Made by a program: the position numbers and the translations under genes
Shown: positions 53,026 through 62,802 of the stretch, one piece after another
How positions within the stretch are numbered: position 1 is the stretch's first letter
Layout: each line of letters opens with the position of its first letter
Assembly (NCBI GenBank): GCA_963737265.1
Contig: CAVTRY010000023.1
Coordinates: 416,001 to 480,000, forward strand
DNA from: an uncultured delta proteobacterium
GTDB lineage: Bacteria > Myxococcota_A > Polyangia > Fen-1088
Length of the DNA: 64,000 bases
Direction: 5' to 3'
Notes under the pieces: generated by a model
What the model was told of the DNA's origin: nothing
The model's input: the letters and a program-made list of their open reading frames with translations, nothing else
Databases searched by the model: none

Positions 53026-55374
53026 ATGACAAGGATCAGGATTCCCTGCGCTATCACCCGAGGCACGCCGCTGGTCGGCTCGTTTGCGCGGTATTGCCCA
53101 ATTGCCATTGTGGTATTTTTGACGACAAGTTGCTCAAACGCATCTATCGTCAACCCAGGAACAGGCGGTATGGGCGGGCAGCAATCGACTGGGACCGGCT
53201 CTGGAGGAACAAGCGGAAATGGCCAGACATCCACCGCCACCAGCATCACCATCACGACTCCCGACGCAGCCGCCGACCGCCCAACCGGCGGCCACTGTGG
53301 GGACGGGATCCTCGAAACGGGCGAGCAATGCGATGATGGCAATACGGTCAGTGGTGACGGATGCAATGCTCTCTGTCAAATTGAGGCCAATTGGATCTGT
53401 CCGACCCCCGGCCAGCCTTGCCAGAATCTCGGGGTTTGCGGAAATGGCATTCTCACATCGAACAAAGCGTGTGACGATGGTAATACGGTCAGCGGAGACG
53501 GCTGTTCAGCCGATTGCCAAGCCGTCGAACCGGGCTACGTCTGCCGTGTCCCCGGAAAGCCCTGCACCGTCTTGTGTGGGGACGGCATGGTAAAAGGAAC
53601 GGAGCAATGCGACGACGGCAACACCGTGAATGGCGATGGCTGTTCCGCCACCTGCAAGGTCGAGCCCGGCTACCAGTGCAAAGGCAGTCCCAGCGTTTGC
53701 ACGGCCACGGTTTGTGGAAACGGCAAAGTCGAAGGCGGAGAGGGGTGCGACGATGGCAACACCATGCCTTTCGATGGGTGCTCGGAGGACTGCCAGATTG
53801 AACCCATCTGCTCGGGTGCTTCCGGGTGTACGTCTCCCTGTGGGGACGGCATCATCATGGGCAGCAAGCAGTGCGACGACGGCAATAGCACGAGTGGCGA
53901 CGGCTGCTCCTCGACTTGTCAGGTCGAGCCCGGCTGGACCTGCACGCAGCCACCCCTCGGCAACAAGATGATGGTGCCGGTCATCTATCGAGACTTCCGC
54001 TTTCACAATCCCGCCGACTTCGAAGCCGGCGTAATGGGGTCGACTACTGCCACCACCGGCATCGTCGAACCGAGCTTGGACGGGGACGGGAAGCCGGTCT
54101 TCACCGGACTCGCCACTGCTCACATCCAGAGCGTCGCCACCTTTGCCGAATGGTATCGCACAACCCCTGGCGTCAACGATCCGACGGCCTCCAAGTTGGC
54201 GTTGTGGGACAACGGCCAAGGCGGCTACGTCAACCGCTACGGTCCCAATGGCGAACAATGGAACGTAACGACAACGGCCAACTGGTGCGGCCAGGTTGGG
54301 GAAGAGCTGCTGAACGCTGCCGGCAATCCCCAGCCCTGCACCTTCCAATACCAGCAATCGGCAACCAATCCGACGGGAGGCCAGACCGATTGCCAGAAGA
54401 TGGACGCTCTTGGCTACACCCAGCTCACATGCTTCCTCAACGGCACGACCTATGCCGCAACCTATGTCGTCGCCAAGGTCGACGGCAATCCCCTCTTCTT
54501 TCCTATCGACAACGACCCATTTTCGGCCGACCAGCTCGAAGGTGCTCAAGTTCCCTCCGCTCCGCTGGGGCTGTACGACGCCACAGGAACCTGGCCGTGG
54601 GATGTGGACGCGAATGGGAACAAGATTCTGCACAACTTCAGCTTCACCAGCGAAACGCGCTACTGGTTCAAGTACGACTCAGCCAAGGCATTTACCCTCG
54701 ATTTCGTCGGCGATGACGACGTTTGGGTGTTCATCAATAGGAAGCTGGCGGTCGATCTGGGAGGCATCAAAACGCCGGTGGAAGGTTCCGTCACCCTGGA
54801 TGCCGCGACCATCGCCAGACTGAACCTCGGGCTGCAAAACGGGAATGCTTACGAAATTGCAGTCTTCCAGACCGAGCGTCAGACCACCGGGTCGACCTAC
54901 AAGTTGACCCTGAATGGATTCGATGCCGCTCCCAGTAGCTGCGTTCCCACCTGTGGCGACGGAATCGCGGTCGCCAGCGAGGAGTGCGACTGCGGCAATG
55001 GCACAGTGGCCGTCCCCGCAGGCTGTCCGGGTCCGAATAGCGATACGACGTACGGCGGCTGCACCACGCAGTGCAAGTGGGGCCCTTTCTGCGGAGATGG
55101 CGTCGTGCAGGGGCCGCCACCCAGTGGCCCAGAGGAATGCGACCTAGGCAAGCAGAACGGAGATACCACCCTGGGCAAGGGCGGGTGTACCTTCGCGTGC
55201 AAGAAGCCACATTTTTGCGGCGATGGAAATGTCGATACGGATTTGGGCGAGGTATGCGACATGGGCGCTCTCAATGGCGTTGCGGTCGACGCGAGCGGAA
55301 ATCCATCGAGTGCGCCAGATGCCCAGGTCCTCTGCACGACAGATTGCGCGATTCCCCCGGGAACTGTCTACTAA
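53026..55374 (+). CDS. Fibro-slime domain lipoprotein with myxobacterial Cys-rich repeats
   Basis: GAGG RBS; LTTSC lipobox; CDDGN repeats; YRDF, HNFSFTSETRYWF, FVGDDDVWVFIN.KLAVDLGG. Confidence 0.88.
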   Translation: MTRIRIPCAITRGTPLVGSFARYCPIAIVVFLTTSCSNASIVNPGTGGMGGQQSTGTGSGGTSGNGQTSTATSITITTPDAAADRPTGGHCGDGILETGEQCDDGNTVSGDGCNALCQIEANWICPTPGQPCQNLGVCGNGILTSNKACDDGNTVSGDGCSADCQAVEPGYVCRVPGKPCTVLCGDGMVKGTEQCDDGNTVNGDGCSATCKVEPGYQCKGSPSVCTATVCGNGKVEGGEGCDDGNTMPFDGCSEDCQIEPICSGASGCTSPCGDGIIMGSKQCDDGNSTSGDGCSSTCQVEPGWTCTQPPLGNKMMVPVIYRDFRFHNPADFEAGVMGSTTATTGIVEPSLDGDGKPVFTGLATAHIQSVATFAEWYRTTPGVNDPTASKLALWDNGQGGYVNRYGPNGEQWNVTTTANWCGQVGEELLNAAGNPQPCTFQYQQSATNPTGGQTDCQKMDALGYTQLTCFLNGTTYAATYVVAKVDGNPLFFPIDNDPFSADQLEGAQVPSAPLGLYDATGTWPWDVDANGNKILHNFSFTSETRYWFKYDSAKAFTLDFVGDDDVWVFINRKLAVDLGGIKTPVEGSVTLDAATIARLNLGLQNGNAYEIAVFQTERQTTGSTYKLTLNGFDAAPSSCVPTCGDGIAVASEECDCGNGTVAVPAGCPGPNSDTTYGGCTTQCKWGPFCGDGVVQGPPPSGPEECDLGKQNGDTTLGKGGCTFACKKPHFCGDGNVDTDLGEVCDMGALNGVAVDASGNPSSAPDAQVLCTTDCAIPPGTVY

Positions 55375-55453
55375 CCTCCTGTCTGCACCCCGAAATCGAA
55401 TATTGAGACGGTCGCTGCCTGGGTATGCCAGGGCGCTCTTGACAATTGGTTAA

Positions 55454-57469
55454 TCAAAACGCTGCGTGGATGCGGCCGGCGAAGATCGAGACGGGGCCAC
55501 GGTCGGCATTGTAGCCAGGGTCGACGATGAGCTGATAATCGAACGTCAGCGCGGCCCATTGGAGCGGGCTCAATGCGTAGTAGGTTTCGAGAACCATCTC
55601 TGGACGGTAGTTGAGCCTGCCGTCGCCGATGAGGATTCCCATGCCTCCGGCGGCGAAATACTGACGGGCGATCGCCGACAACCCCTCGCCAACCCACGCC
55701 ACGCCCACGGTATCGCTGGGCCGCCTCCAATACGTCCCTTTGAGCGCGGCGCCCGCCGATAGGCTTTCGTCGCAGTCGGTCCATCCCATGATTTCGACGC
55801 GGCCGGGGCTAAAGCTGGCGCGGGAAAACAGGCCTAGGTCGGCCGTCAGCGCCTGCTCGGCGCTCGCCACGAAGCCGTAATTCGTCCGTTCCTGGCGGGT
55901 CAGGGTGATGTCTGGATAGCCGGCAGTCGCAAGCGGTTCGGCGAGGGCGTCGGAATAGCTGCCCATGTTTCCGTGGCCAAGCCATGCGAAGGCAAGCAGC
56001 TTCCCGGGCTTTGCGAATGGCCAATAGCGCAGCTCCAGTTCGGCCAGATATTGCCCGCGCACGGGGATGTGCGTGTCGAAGTGATTGGAGTTGGATACGA
56101 CCGGGAGCAGGAAGTATCCCGCCCGAAAAGCCCATCGCTTCTGGTCGAGCTCGGCCAAGCCGCCCCACGTCCAGCTCAATTTGTCCATGGTCCAGTCGTA
56201 GGAGCCGCCGCCATACGCATTCCAATTCAGAAACGCCGTGCGGGGCTCGCCGGCATAGGAGTTGAGCAAAAAGTAGTCGAGCACCGCGAATTTGCCGGCG
56301 GTCAGGGTGAGCCGCGAGACGCTGCGTTGGCCGGCAATCTGGTTGGGGCCGTCCTCGACGATCTCTTTCTCGCCGCCCCAGCCGAAGGTCTGGCTCAAGA
56401 ACAAGCGCGCGGCATTGAAGCGCGGAAACAGAAAGCTCGACTTCTGTGCCTCGCCATTGGGAAAGGCGGCCACGCCATGCACGTCGCTCAAACCGAAACC
56501 CTGCATGAATTCCGGATTGAAGTAGATTTCGCCGCCGCGCCACAAGCGCCGACCGAGAAACACTGTGGCGCTCGCGGTGTTGCGTATCTGGCCTGTGCTG
56601 GAAAGGCTGCTTGGGCCTTCGTAGGGCGAATGGAATGCAAAATGGCCCTGCTCAACGTAGGTGAATTGACCATGGAGATTCCAGCCGCGCCCGTCGCCGG
56701 CCGAGGGGAGGACGAGATCCATACGCGGGATATCGGCCTTGGGCCAGGGGGGCTGCCAGCTGAGTGCCAGGCGGACGCCGTGCACCGCCATGGTCGATTC
56801 GGTGCTGGTACCGGAGGCAAAGGTCGCGCTGGCGGTTTCGAGCCGATCGTAGACATATTCGACTCTCGCGCTCCATCGCGGGGCAAAGGCGAGCTCGAGG
56901 CCGGCGCCCATGGTCCAGCCTGGGCGAAAATGAGGACTCTCGTCGTCGGCTTTCATCGCGCCCGGGCTTTGAATGAATCGCCCCAAGGACCACGCAAAAC
57001 CGCCCGCGCCATAGACCAGCCACCGATCGAATGCGTAGCCAAGCCGCCCGCGCGCGCGGCCCACTAGGTCCAGCCTCTCGCTGACGTTGCCGCCGGGCGT
57101 CTGGCGTGATGAAACCAGGTCGTCGTCGTCGAGGAAATCGGGAAAGGAGACATCGGCTTCAAGCCCAATGACAAGCCTCGATCGAAGCACGTGCGCATAA
57201 CCGACGAGCGCTCCGCCGTAGAGACTTCCGGACGAGCTGGTCGAGCTTTGCACCGCTGAATCGTGCAGAGCAACGCTTGCTTTCCCGTGGGCGTAGCCGA
57301 CGTGACCACCGAGATACCACCCGTCCCGAAGAAAGCCCGATGATGCGGCCGCTGGGCCAACTTCAGCGGCGGGCGGTTCGGCCCGGGCCAACGACGTGAA
57401 GGCCGTGATGCCCACGAGGCTGGCGAGGGCGGCTTTGCGTTGGATCAGAGCTCTGCTGGGGAAAAACAC
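55454..57469 (-). CDS. Two-barrel outer-membrane protein: Omp25/OmpA-like small barrel + OprB-type porin (MnoP-like)
   Basis: GWYLGGHVGY, RGRLGYAFDRWLVY, GWTMGAGLE then WNLHGQFTY, AAFPNGEAQK, YNADRGPVSIFAGRIHAAF. Confidence 0.85.
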   Translation of the reverse strand: MFFPSRALIQRKAALASLVGITAFTSLARAEPPAAEVGPAAASSGFLRDGWYLGGHVGYAHGKASVALHDSAVQSSTSSSGSLYGGALVGYAHVLRSRLVIGLEADVSFPDFLDDDDLVSSRQTPGGNVSERLDLVGRARGRLGYAFDRWLVYGAGGFAWSLGRFIQSPGAMKADDESPHFRPGWTMGAGLELAFAPRWSARVEYVYDRLETASATFASGTSTESTMAVHGVRLALSWQPPWPKADIPRMDLVLPSAGDGRGWNLHGQFTYVEQGHFAFHSPYEGPSSLSSTGQIRNTASATVFLGRRLWRGGEIYFNPEFMQGFGLSDVHGVAAFPNGEAQKSSFLFPRFNAARLFLSQTFGWGGEKEIVEDGPNQIAGQRSVSRLTLTAGKFAVLDYFLLNSYAGEPRTAFLNWNAYGGGSYDWTMDKLSWTWGGLAELDQKRWAFRAGYFLLPVVSNSNHFDTHIPVRGQYLAELELRYWPFAKPGKLLAFAWLGHGNMGSYSDALAEPLATAGYPDITLTRQERTNYGFVASAEQALTADLGLFSRASFSPGRVEIMGWTDCDESLSAGAALKGTYWRRPSDTVGVAWVGEGLSAIARQYFAAGGMGILIGDGRLNYRPEMVLETYYALSPLQWAALTFDYQLIVDPGYNADRGPVSIFAGRIHAAF

Positions 57470-57549
57470 GGCGCCCCTGCGTTTAGCACGGAGCCGATCG
57501 AATTCGAGAATTCCACAACGTCAGAAGGCGAGCCGCGCGCAGGCACCGC

Positions 57550-57705
57550 CTACCGCCTGAGCGTCACCAGGGGCTGGGGTTTGCTCGGGCAGCTACACCC
57601 AGCGCAGCCCGACGCGCAGCCACCGGCCTTGCGCTTTCGCAGCAGTCGAAGCCCGCCCCAAATTCCAGCCGCGCCGACGATTGCAAAGACGATGACGTTT
57701 TCCAT
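57550..57705 (-). CDS. FeoB-associated Cys-rich small membrane protein
   Basis: GAGG RBS; MENVIVFAIVGAAGIWGGLRLLRKRKAGGCASGCAGCSC directly after feoB. Confidence 0.8.
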   Translation of the reverse strand: MENVIVFAIVGAAGIWGGLRLLRKRKAGGCASGCAGCSCPSKPQPLVTLRR

Positions 57706-57719
57706 GACTCGTTCCTCGT

Positions 57720-59883
57720 TCAGATGAAGAGCCGTCCCACCTGAAACACCAGCGCGGACAGGCCATAAGCAATTCCCGTCAGCCCACCCAGCTGCAACAG
57801 GGCGTAGCCCCACTTCCCCGACTCTCGCCGCGTGACCACGACGGTCGCCATGCACGGGGTTCCCACAAGCAGGAAGAGCATCATGCTCAAGGCCACAAGT
57901 GGACTGTAATCTCGCGCCAAAACCGCCCGCAGGCCGGCGGTTCCCTTGTCGGTATCGGCAATCGAATACACGATGCCCATCTGAGCCACGAAGATCTCCT
58001 TGGCGGCGAAGGCACCCATCATCGCCGTCACGATTTTCCAGTCGAAGCCGAGCGGCCGGAACACGGGTTCAAGCGTGTGGCCGATGCGCCCCGCCACCGA
58101 GTATTCCAAGTTCTCGGCGGCGCGCCGGGCGGCGACCTGATCCTCGGTCAGCTGCGGGGGAGCGTGCCCGGTGGTAGCCACGACGATCTGGCCGGCAGCG
58201 ATCTCGGCGTCGACACGATAGCTGGACGGCTTGGGAAACACTGTCGCTGCCCAAAGCAGGATGGAGATGCCGAGAATCGTGGTGCCGGCTTTGCGCAGGT
58301 ACAGCCCCGCTCGCTCGGCCATCTTGATGGGCACACTGCGCAAGGTGGGCAGGCGGTACGGCGGCAGCTCCATCACAAATGGGGCATCATCCCCGCGCAG
58401 CAGGGTTTTACGCAAAATGAGAGCCAACACCAACGCCAGAATGATGCCCACGGCGTAGACAAACCACAGCATGGGCGCGCGCCATGCCGGCGGAAAGAAG
58501 GCCGGAATGATCAACATCCAGATGGTCAGACGCGCCCCGCACGACATCAGCGGCAACACCAACATGGTGACCAGTCGGTCGCGATGATTCTCGAGCGTGC
58601 GCGTCGCCATGATGCCGGGTACCGAACAGCCGAATCCCGACAGCATGGGGATGAAGCTCTTGCCGTGCAGGCCAAAGCGGTGCATGAGGCGGTCGGTAAG
58701 AAATGCGGCGCGCGCCATGTAGCCGGTGTCTTCCAAGAATGCCAGACCGAGAAAGAGCAGCACGATGTTGGGAAGAAAGACGACGACGCCGCCCACGCCG
58801 CCGATGATTCCGTCGACGAGCAGCGAGCGCAGTAAGGACGTGGAACCCGCAGGCCACAGGCTGGCAACCTGACTCGAAAGGAAATGCACGCCCGATTCGA
58901 TCCAATTCATCGGCACTTCGCCGACCTTGAACGTCAGCCAGAAGATGGCGTACATCACCAGGGCGAAGATGGGCAGACCGAAGATCCGGTGCACCAATAC
59001 GGCGTCGATTCGATCGGTGAGCTGGCGCGCGTCGGCAGTCGATGCCTGTGTGCGCACCTCGCGCAGCAGGCCATCGACAAAACCGAAGTAGCGCTCGGTC
59101 ACGAAGACGGCGATATCCACACCTGTGCGGGCCTCAACAAACTCGCGCTGGCGTTTCGCCTCGTTGAGCGCGGCGTGACCGCCCGGCATCGCCTGCCACG
59201 CGAGCGCCGTACTCGCGATCCCCGGCCAGCAGACGCGTGGCCATCCAGTCGCTGGCAAAGATCTTTTCGGCACGAGTCGGCAGCAGCGGGCGAATGGCGG
59301 CCAGCGCCTGTTCCATCAGCTCGCCGAGCACCAGGCGGCTGCGCCCTACCGGCTGGGCGGTAGCGCGAGCAATGGCGTGCTTCAGATCGGCAACGCCCTG
59401 GGCGCGATGCCCGACGGTCTCGACCACGGGGAAGCCGAGCAGTTTTTCCATCAGCGGAAGATCGATCTTCTGGCCCGCGGCGCGCGCCTCGTCCGCCATG
59501 TTGAGGCACAGCACCGGGTTGGCGCCCGTTTGCATGATCTGGGCGAGCAAGACCAAGTTGCGCGCAAGCTGCGTGGAATCCGCGACCACCACGACCACCT
59601 CGGGCGTGGCGGTCAGCTCGTCCTGCGCCACCCGTTCTTCCGGCGAGTACGAGCTGAGGCTGTAAGTGCCGGGCAAGTCGACTACGCTCACCGTGCGATC
59701 GTCGATCTCGCAGCTGCCACTGCGCTTTTCCACCGTGACGCCGGGATAGTTGGCGACGTGTTGGCGCGCCCCCGTCAGCGCGTTAAAAAGGGAGGTCTTG
59801 CCGCAGTTGGGATTGCCCGCCAGGGCGACGCGGATCTCGGTCGCGGGAAAGATGGAACTGGCGGCGGTTGCTGCGGCGAACAT
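57720..59883 (-). CDS. feoB: Ferrous iron transporter B, split by an apparent +1 frameshift near 59197
   Basis: GNPNCGKT, NYPGVTVE, DLPGTYSL, NMAD in one frame; LEDTGYMARAAF, GFGCSVPG, FVMELPPYRLP, AKEIFV in the other. Confidence 0.9.
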
Positions 59884-59894
59884 GCTTGGATCCC

Positions 59895-60647
59895 TTAGTC
59901 CGCAGGCCTGACCATGATGGAATTCGCCTCGCTGCGGCGGAGCGCCAGCCGCGCGCCTTGACAGCGCACCCAAAACGGATCGCCACCCAAGCCCACGCGC
60001 TCGATGTCGATGACCGTATTGGGAAGAACGCCCATGTCGAGCAGGCGCTGGCGAAGAGCGCCGACGGCATTGATTTTGGTTACCACCGCGCTCTGCCCGG
60101 GCTTTACATCGCCAAGACTCATGGACGTGCTCTCCTTCTTCGTCGAACAAACCGAACAAGAATCGGGAAGCTGCCCCATGTGCGGGCCACGCTTGCTGTC
60201 CTGAACCATGGGACACTGGCGAAAGCTCTCGACCACCGAAGGACAGGTACCCAAAAACTCGAAGAAACGCACCAGGCGATCCATGGCATCGTCGGTCAGG
60301 CTGTGCTCCATCGCGCAGGCCTGCTCGCCAGCGGCCCCGGCCGGCATGCTCAGCACCTCCTCAAAGAAACGCGTGAGCAAGCGATGGCGGGAAAAAACCC
60401 GGCGCCCCGCCTGCTCGCCCGACGGCGTGAGCGCGATGTATTCCCGCCGTTCGTAGCGCACAAGCGCCAGCTCGGCGAGCCGGCGCAAGGCAATCGACAC
60501 CGAAGCCGCCTTCACGTCACGCGCCCGCGCCACGTCCTTGACCCGGGCGAAGCCCTGCTCCTGAACCAGCAGATAGATCGTCTCGAGGTAGTCCTCCAAC
60601 GACGAGCTGATTTCCGCTTCCGGCGTGTTGTGTGCCATCGCTGTCAT
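59895..60647 (-). CDS. DtxR/MntR-family metal-dependent repressor fused to a C-terminal FeoA domain
   Basis: SLEDYLETIY, RVKDVA...SVS, RHRLL..FF, ACAMEH; C-terminal LRQRLLDMGVLP...GDPFWV...LALRRSEA. Confidence 0.92.
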   Translation of the reverse strand: MTAMAHNTPEAEISSSLEDYLETIYLLVQEQGFARVKDVARARDVKAASVSIALRRLAELALVRYERREYIALTPSGEQAGRRVFSRHRLLTRFFEEVLSMPAGAAGEQACAMEHSLTDDAMDRLVRFFEFLGTCPSVVESFRQCPMVQDSKRGPHMGQLPDSCSVCSTKKESTSMSLGDVKPGQSAVVTKINAVGALRQRLLDMGVLPNTVIDIERVGLGGDPFWVRCQGARLALRRSEANSIMVRPAD

Positions 60648-60685
60648 TGTTAGTTAACACTAACAACAGAAGCCCGTGCTGTCAA
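60647..60685 (-). promoter_or_regulatory. Sigma70 promoter with overlapping palindromic operator
   Basis: Minus strand TTGACA (60685-60680), 17-nt spacer, TGnTAGTGT (-10 at 60662-60657); palindrome TTGTTAG-N6-CTAACAA at 60647-60666. Confidence 0.8.
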
Positions 60686-60701
60686 CCGGTCTACCTGGTT
60701 C

Positions 60702-61270
60702 GGGTGCTTCCCTGAAATGGGGGCTGGGGCTTCACCTCGCTGGGATCGGAAGGAAAGACAGGGAGGAACGGAGGATCAGAGGGATCAAGGGTTGGGTTCA
60801 CGAGGCGGCGGAGACCCTCGCGAAGTACGGGGACGTGGAAATTGACGAGCAGGCCAACCGGCAGTCGTAGGAGCTTGAGATAGGCAATGACCTGTGCCAA
60901 GTGGACAGGAAGCAACCGTTCTACCGCCTTGACTTCGACCACCAAACGGCCTTCCACCACGAGGTCGAGGTGATAGCCGCAGTCAAGGTCAAGTCCTTTG
61001 TACTGCAGAAGAATCGCGACCTGACGTTGAGTGCGAAATCCACGCAGGCCTAGCTCGCGCGCCAGGCAGTGCTCGTAGGCCGACTCAAGCAGCCCCGGAC
61101 CGAGGTGACCGGTGGACTTCGATGCAGGCGGCGATAATTTGCCCAGTAAAGTTATGCTGTCTCTGATTCTCCGTTCCTCCCTGTTCCCTATCTGCGTTTT
61201 CGGCGGCACTCCGCCAGAAGTTGCTACCTCACCGAGCCGCCGGCTGGGCCCCCGTTTCAGGGATGCACCC
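60702..61270 (-). mobile_element. Non-autonomous TIR cassette (569 bp) carrying a degenerate GxxExxY gene, copy 2
   Basis: TIRs 60702-60724 and 61248-61270 (21/23); flanks ACCTGGTTC / TCCGGGTTC (7/9); colinear with copy 1; ATG changed to AGG; extra base near 61110. Confidence 0.85.
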
Positions 61271-61277
61271 TCCGGGT

Positions 61278-62711
61278 TCAGGGACGAGCCGCCTGACCAA
61301 AGAGACCGCGGCGCTTGATGATATCGGCCACCTCCTCGGGAACCATGGTCTCCCAGGAGGGATCGCTGGCCTTGAGGCGCCGGAAGACCTCGCGCGAAAG
61401 GATCGGCAGCACCGTGGGGTCGTAGTTCTCGATGGCAACGAGCGAGCCGCGATCGAGGAGGTAGCCGTACAGCTTCGTCAGCCCCGCCGCCACCTCCATG
61501 TTGGACGCGGTGACGAGCTTGGTCGTGTCCGGATCCAACATCGGGTACACGTAGAGCTTCACCTCCTTGCTGAAGAGGCGGCCGATGGCTTCCAAAATTC
61601 CGCCGTCGAGACTGGCGTAGTATTTTTCGTCGAATAGCTGAACCAAGCTTCCGGTGCCGAGCACGATGGCGATGGCGCTGCACGTGCAGCGGCGCAGGTA
61701 GCCTGCCAGCCGGTAGTACTCGAAATAGTCCGACACCAGGACGGTCTTGCCGGCTGCCCCGAGGACATCGGCACGGGCGAGGAAGTCGCGCGGGTCGAGG
61801 GGGCCGCCATCGCTGAGCAGATTGCTCATGGTGATCTCCGCGACCTCGACGATGTCGTTCTCTGATGTCCCCTGCGCCTTGGCGAAGGCCGTCCGCGCGC
61901 ACTTCAACATGTCGATGTTGACCTTGGTCACCGGACGAAAGGTGCCGCGCAGGACAAGCACGGGCTTGCGATGCAACACTTCGGTCGGCTGCATCACGTC
62001 GCCCTTGGAGTCGAACATGGCGGCCTGGGACAGCCCAAGCTGCACCAGCTTCAAGCTCATCAGCCGGTTGTCCACATGGCGAAATTCGATACCCGAGAAT
62101 TCGATCATATCGATCTCGATACGTTCGGTGGACAGGTTGTCGAGCAGCGATTCGACCAGTTGCTCTGGCTCGTGGTGCTGGAAGAAGGCACCGTAAAGGA
62201 GGTTGACGCCCACGATACCCAAGGCTTCCTGCTGCAGGCTGGTTTCGCGGTCGCGCATGCGTACGTGCAGGACGATCTGGCTTTCGTCGTCGCGCGGGTG
62301 GGTTTGAAATTTGAGGCCCATCCAGCCGTGACAGTCCTTGTTGCCGTGAAAACTCTTGGCCGCCACTGTGTCGGCGAACACGAAGAACGCGGTGGTGTCG
62401 CCGCGCGCGGCGCTCAGCCGCTTGACGTTTTTTTCATGCTCGTAGTCGAGCATGCTCTGCAAGCGGTCGCGCGAGACGTAACGTTCGGTGTGACCATAGA
62501 TGGCGTCGCTGACCGCCATGTCATAGGCCGACATGCTCTTGGCAATCGTGCCAGACGCGCCTCCCACGCGAAAAAACCAGCGGGCAACTTCTTGGCCGGC
62601 GCCGATCTCGGCGAAGGTGCCGTAGCGGCGCGCGTCCAGGTTGATAGCCAGCGCCTTGCGATGGGTATCGAGGACTTCCTGGCGGGGGTAGCCGGAGGGT
62701 GGTGTGTACAT
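61278..62711 (-). CDS. Conserved nucleotidyltransferase-fold protein (nicotinate-nucleotide adenylyltransferase-like family), function unclear
   Basis: YGTFAEIGAGQEVARWFF, LRGTFRPVT, C-terminal WETMVPEEVADIIK. Confidence 0.75.
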   Translation of the reverse strand: MYTPPSGYPRQEVLDTHRKALAINLDARRYGTFAEIGAGQEVARWFFRVGGASGTIAKSMSAYDMAVSDAIYGHTERYVSRDRLQSMLDYEHEKNVKRLSAARGDTTAFFVFADTVAAKSFHGNKDCHGWMGLKFQTHPRDDESQIVLHVRMRDRETSLQQEALGIVGVNLLYGAFFQHHEPEQLVESLLDNLSTERIEIDMIEFSGIEFRHVDNRLMSLKLVQLGLSQAAMFDSKGDVMQPTEVLHRKPVLVLRGTFRPVTKVNIDMLKCARTAFAKAQGTSENDIVEVAEITMSNLLSDGGPLDPRDFLARADVLGAAGKTVLVSDYFEYYRLAGYLRRCTCSAIAIVLGTGSLVQLFDEKYYASLDGGILEAIGRLFSKEVKLYVYPMLDPDTTKLVTASNMEVAAGLTKLYGYLLDRGSLVAIENYDPTVLPILSREVFRRLKASDPSWETMVPEEVADIIKRRGLFGQAARP

Positions 62712-62802
62712 GGTTAGACGCCCCATAAGGGGCACTTCCCAATGATTGACGCCCGCGACCGGAAGTCAAGGCGAGGATCTCGCGGCCACGGAGCCGCGCC
62801 GT

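Noticed and set aside
60691-61902. 403-aa ORF as a real fusion protein
   Set aside because: Its N-part is an alternative frame of the 61278-62711 gene joined by chance to the GxxExxY C-terminal frame
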